From: Candidatus Heimdallarchaeota archaeon
GTDB lineage: Archaea > Asgardarchaeota > Heimdallarchaeia > Heimdallarchaeales > Heimdallarchaeaceae
Direction: 5' to 3'
DNA: 25,949 nt
Assembly (NCBI GenBank): GCA_016839945.1
Contig: JAEOTE010000053.1
Span: forward strand, 1-25,949
In this document: positions 24,980 to 25,949 of the stretch, piece by piece
Position numbering within the stretch: the first letter of the stretch is position 1
Layout of the letters: every line of letters starts with the position of its first letter
Translations under genes and position numbers: made by a program
The notes under the pieces: generated by a model
Databases searched by the model: none
Seen by the model: the letters and a program-made list of their open reading frames with translations, nothing else
Told to the model about the DNA's origin: nothing

Positions 24980-25949
24980 CTATCCATATATTACATCTCT
25001 TGTTATATCTTGCAGAGTTGCAACTTCAGTCATTCTCATAGCTTTTGAAAGAGTCTTTTGATAGAGTTCAAAAAGAGTTTTTACTCCTTCAACTCCTCCA
25101 CCAACAGCTGATCGAACAATATCTCTACCTATTAGTACAGCTTCTGCTCCAATAGCAAGCATTTTCAGAACATCATAACCTGTTCTAATTCCACCATCAA
25201 CTAGAATTCTAGTTTTACCTTTTACTGCATCCACAATTGGAGGTAGTACTTCAGCTGTTCCAGGAGTGTGATCCAAAACTCTTCCTCCATGATTAGAAAC
25301 TACTATTGCAGCTGCTCCGGCTTCAGTAACAGCAACAGCATCTTCAACTGACATAATTCCTTTGATTATAACTGGTAACTTGGTTGAAGCAACTAATTCT
25401 TTTATGTCTTCAGGTGTTTTTCGAAAAACAGGTTTTTCATTAGCTGCCATGATTGTACTTCCGCAACCATCTACATCTGTACCAACTGCGATAGCTCCTC
25501 CTTCTTCATACATCTTGAATACTTTCTTGAGAGTTTCTTGATCTCTTGGTTTACTGATTTTTACTCCCCAACCTTGTGCTAAGTTACAAATAGCTTCAAA
25601 ACAAGGCATGAAATCCCAATCATATGTATATGTGTCTCCTCGCCAACCAATTGTTCCAGCTTGTTTTGCTCCAAGAACAGTTGCTTTGCAGAATTCTGGT
25701 TCAGTAATTACTTTGTCTCCTCCAAATGAATTAACTCCAGTAACAGAAGCACCCATTATTGGCATTGTAAGCTTATTCCCAAAGAATTCATATGATGTAT
25801 CAGGTGTGTAATTTTCTCCAATTACTCTCATTTTAAGTTTGATTGCTTTTAGTGCAGAATAATTATTCGCAAAACTAGATCCAGAACCTACTCCTCCAAA
25901 ACCTATAGGTTTTCCATAACTGTTTCCTTGGCAAACTCTTGAATCTAAA
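24980..25949 (-). CDS. FMN-dependent alpha-hydroxy-acid oxidase/dehydrogenase (5' end beyond the window)
   Basis: PVIIKGI, VSNHGGR, VDGGIRTGYDVLK, IGR. The frame stays open from the track start (25831) to the edge: LDSRVCQGNSYGKPIGFGGVGSGSSFANNYSALKAIKLKM. Confidence 0.93.
   Translation of the reverse strand, partial: LDSRVCQGNSYGKPIGFGGVGSGSSFANNYSALKAIKLKMRVIGENYTPDTSYEFFGNKLTMPIMGASVTGVNSFGGDKVITEPEFCKATVLGAKQAGTIGWRGDTYTYDWDFMPCFEAICNLAQGWGVKISKPRDQETLKKVFKMYEEGGAIAVGTDVDGCGSTIMAANEKPVFRKTPEDIKELVASTKLPVIIKGIMSVEDAVAVTEAGAAAIVVSNHGGRVLDHTPGTAEVLPPIVDAVKGKTRILVDGGIRTGYDVLKMLAIGAEAVLIGRDIVRSAVGGGVEGVKTLFELYQKTLSKAMRMTEVATLQDITRDVIYG

Noticed and set aside
548-25811. Short track ORFs overlapping longer genes (548-940, 1272-1460, 1928-2359, 2477-2659, 4481-4717, 7242-7454, 8443-8697, 8678-8893, 10732-10938, 13322-13507, 13781-14002, 14792-14992, 18913-19104, 19420-19650, 21997-22233, 23314-23508, 24232-24489, 25608-25811)
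   Set aside because: Antisense or off-frame overlaps of well-supported CDSs with no recognisable motifs.
25898-25913. 16-bp palindrome AAAACCTATAGGTTTT
   Set aside because: Lies inside the oxidase coding sequence (GKPIGF) with no regulatory context.
1-25949. tRNA, rRNA, CRISPR array, transposase or integrase
   Set aside because: Intergenic gaps are short and AT-rich, with no GC-rich structured stretch, regularly spaced repeats or recombinase motifs; a tRNAscan/Infernal run would be needed to exclude small RNAs formally.

Overview
AT-rich, gene-dense chromosomal segment, most likely archaeal. Evidence for this: BRE/TATA-like motifs about 18-35 nt before several start codons, oligo-T terminators, an archaemetzincin homolog, a PhoU+TrkA-C (COG3273-like) protein and a NosD-type beta-helix surface protein. 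The content resembles Asgard/Heimdallarchaeia, but that is inference. About 24 real CDSs; I found no rRNA, tRNA, CRISPR array, transposase or integrase. Recognisable genes: EamA transporter (partial), orphan gamma-class N6-adenine DNA methyltransferase, YkgJ-type Cys-cluster protein, RNase III, prenyltransferase-fold protein, M19 dipeptidase, MFS transporter, lysophospholipase-like hydrolase, two OppB/DppB permease paralogs, DmpA aminopeptidase and an FMN-dependent alpha-hydroxy-acid oxidase (partial). Most interesting: (1) three paralogs of a ~570-590 aa membrane protein family I cannot recognise, with many invariant motifs; (2) a 1.3-kb beta-helix surface-protein cassette bounded by a perfect 36-bp direct repeat that duplicates the oppB 3' end, with no recombinase; (3) a catalytically dead archaemetzincin that keeps its Cys4 site; (4) three regulatory modules with visible candidate operators (7-1-7 palindrome, 18-bp palindrome, 11-bp-phased GGTCAC repeats).
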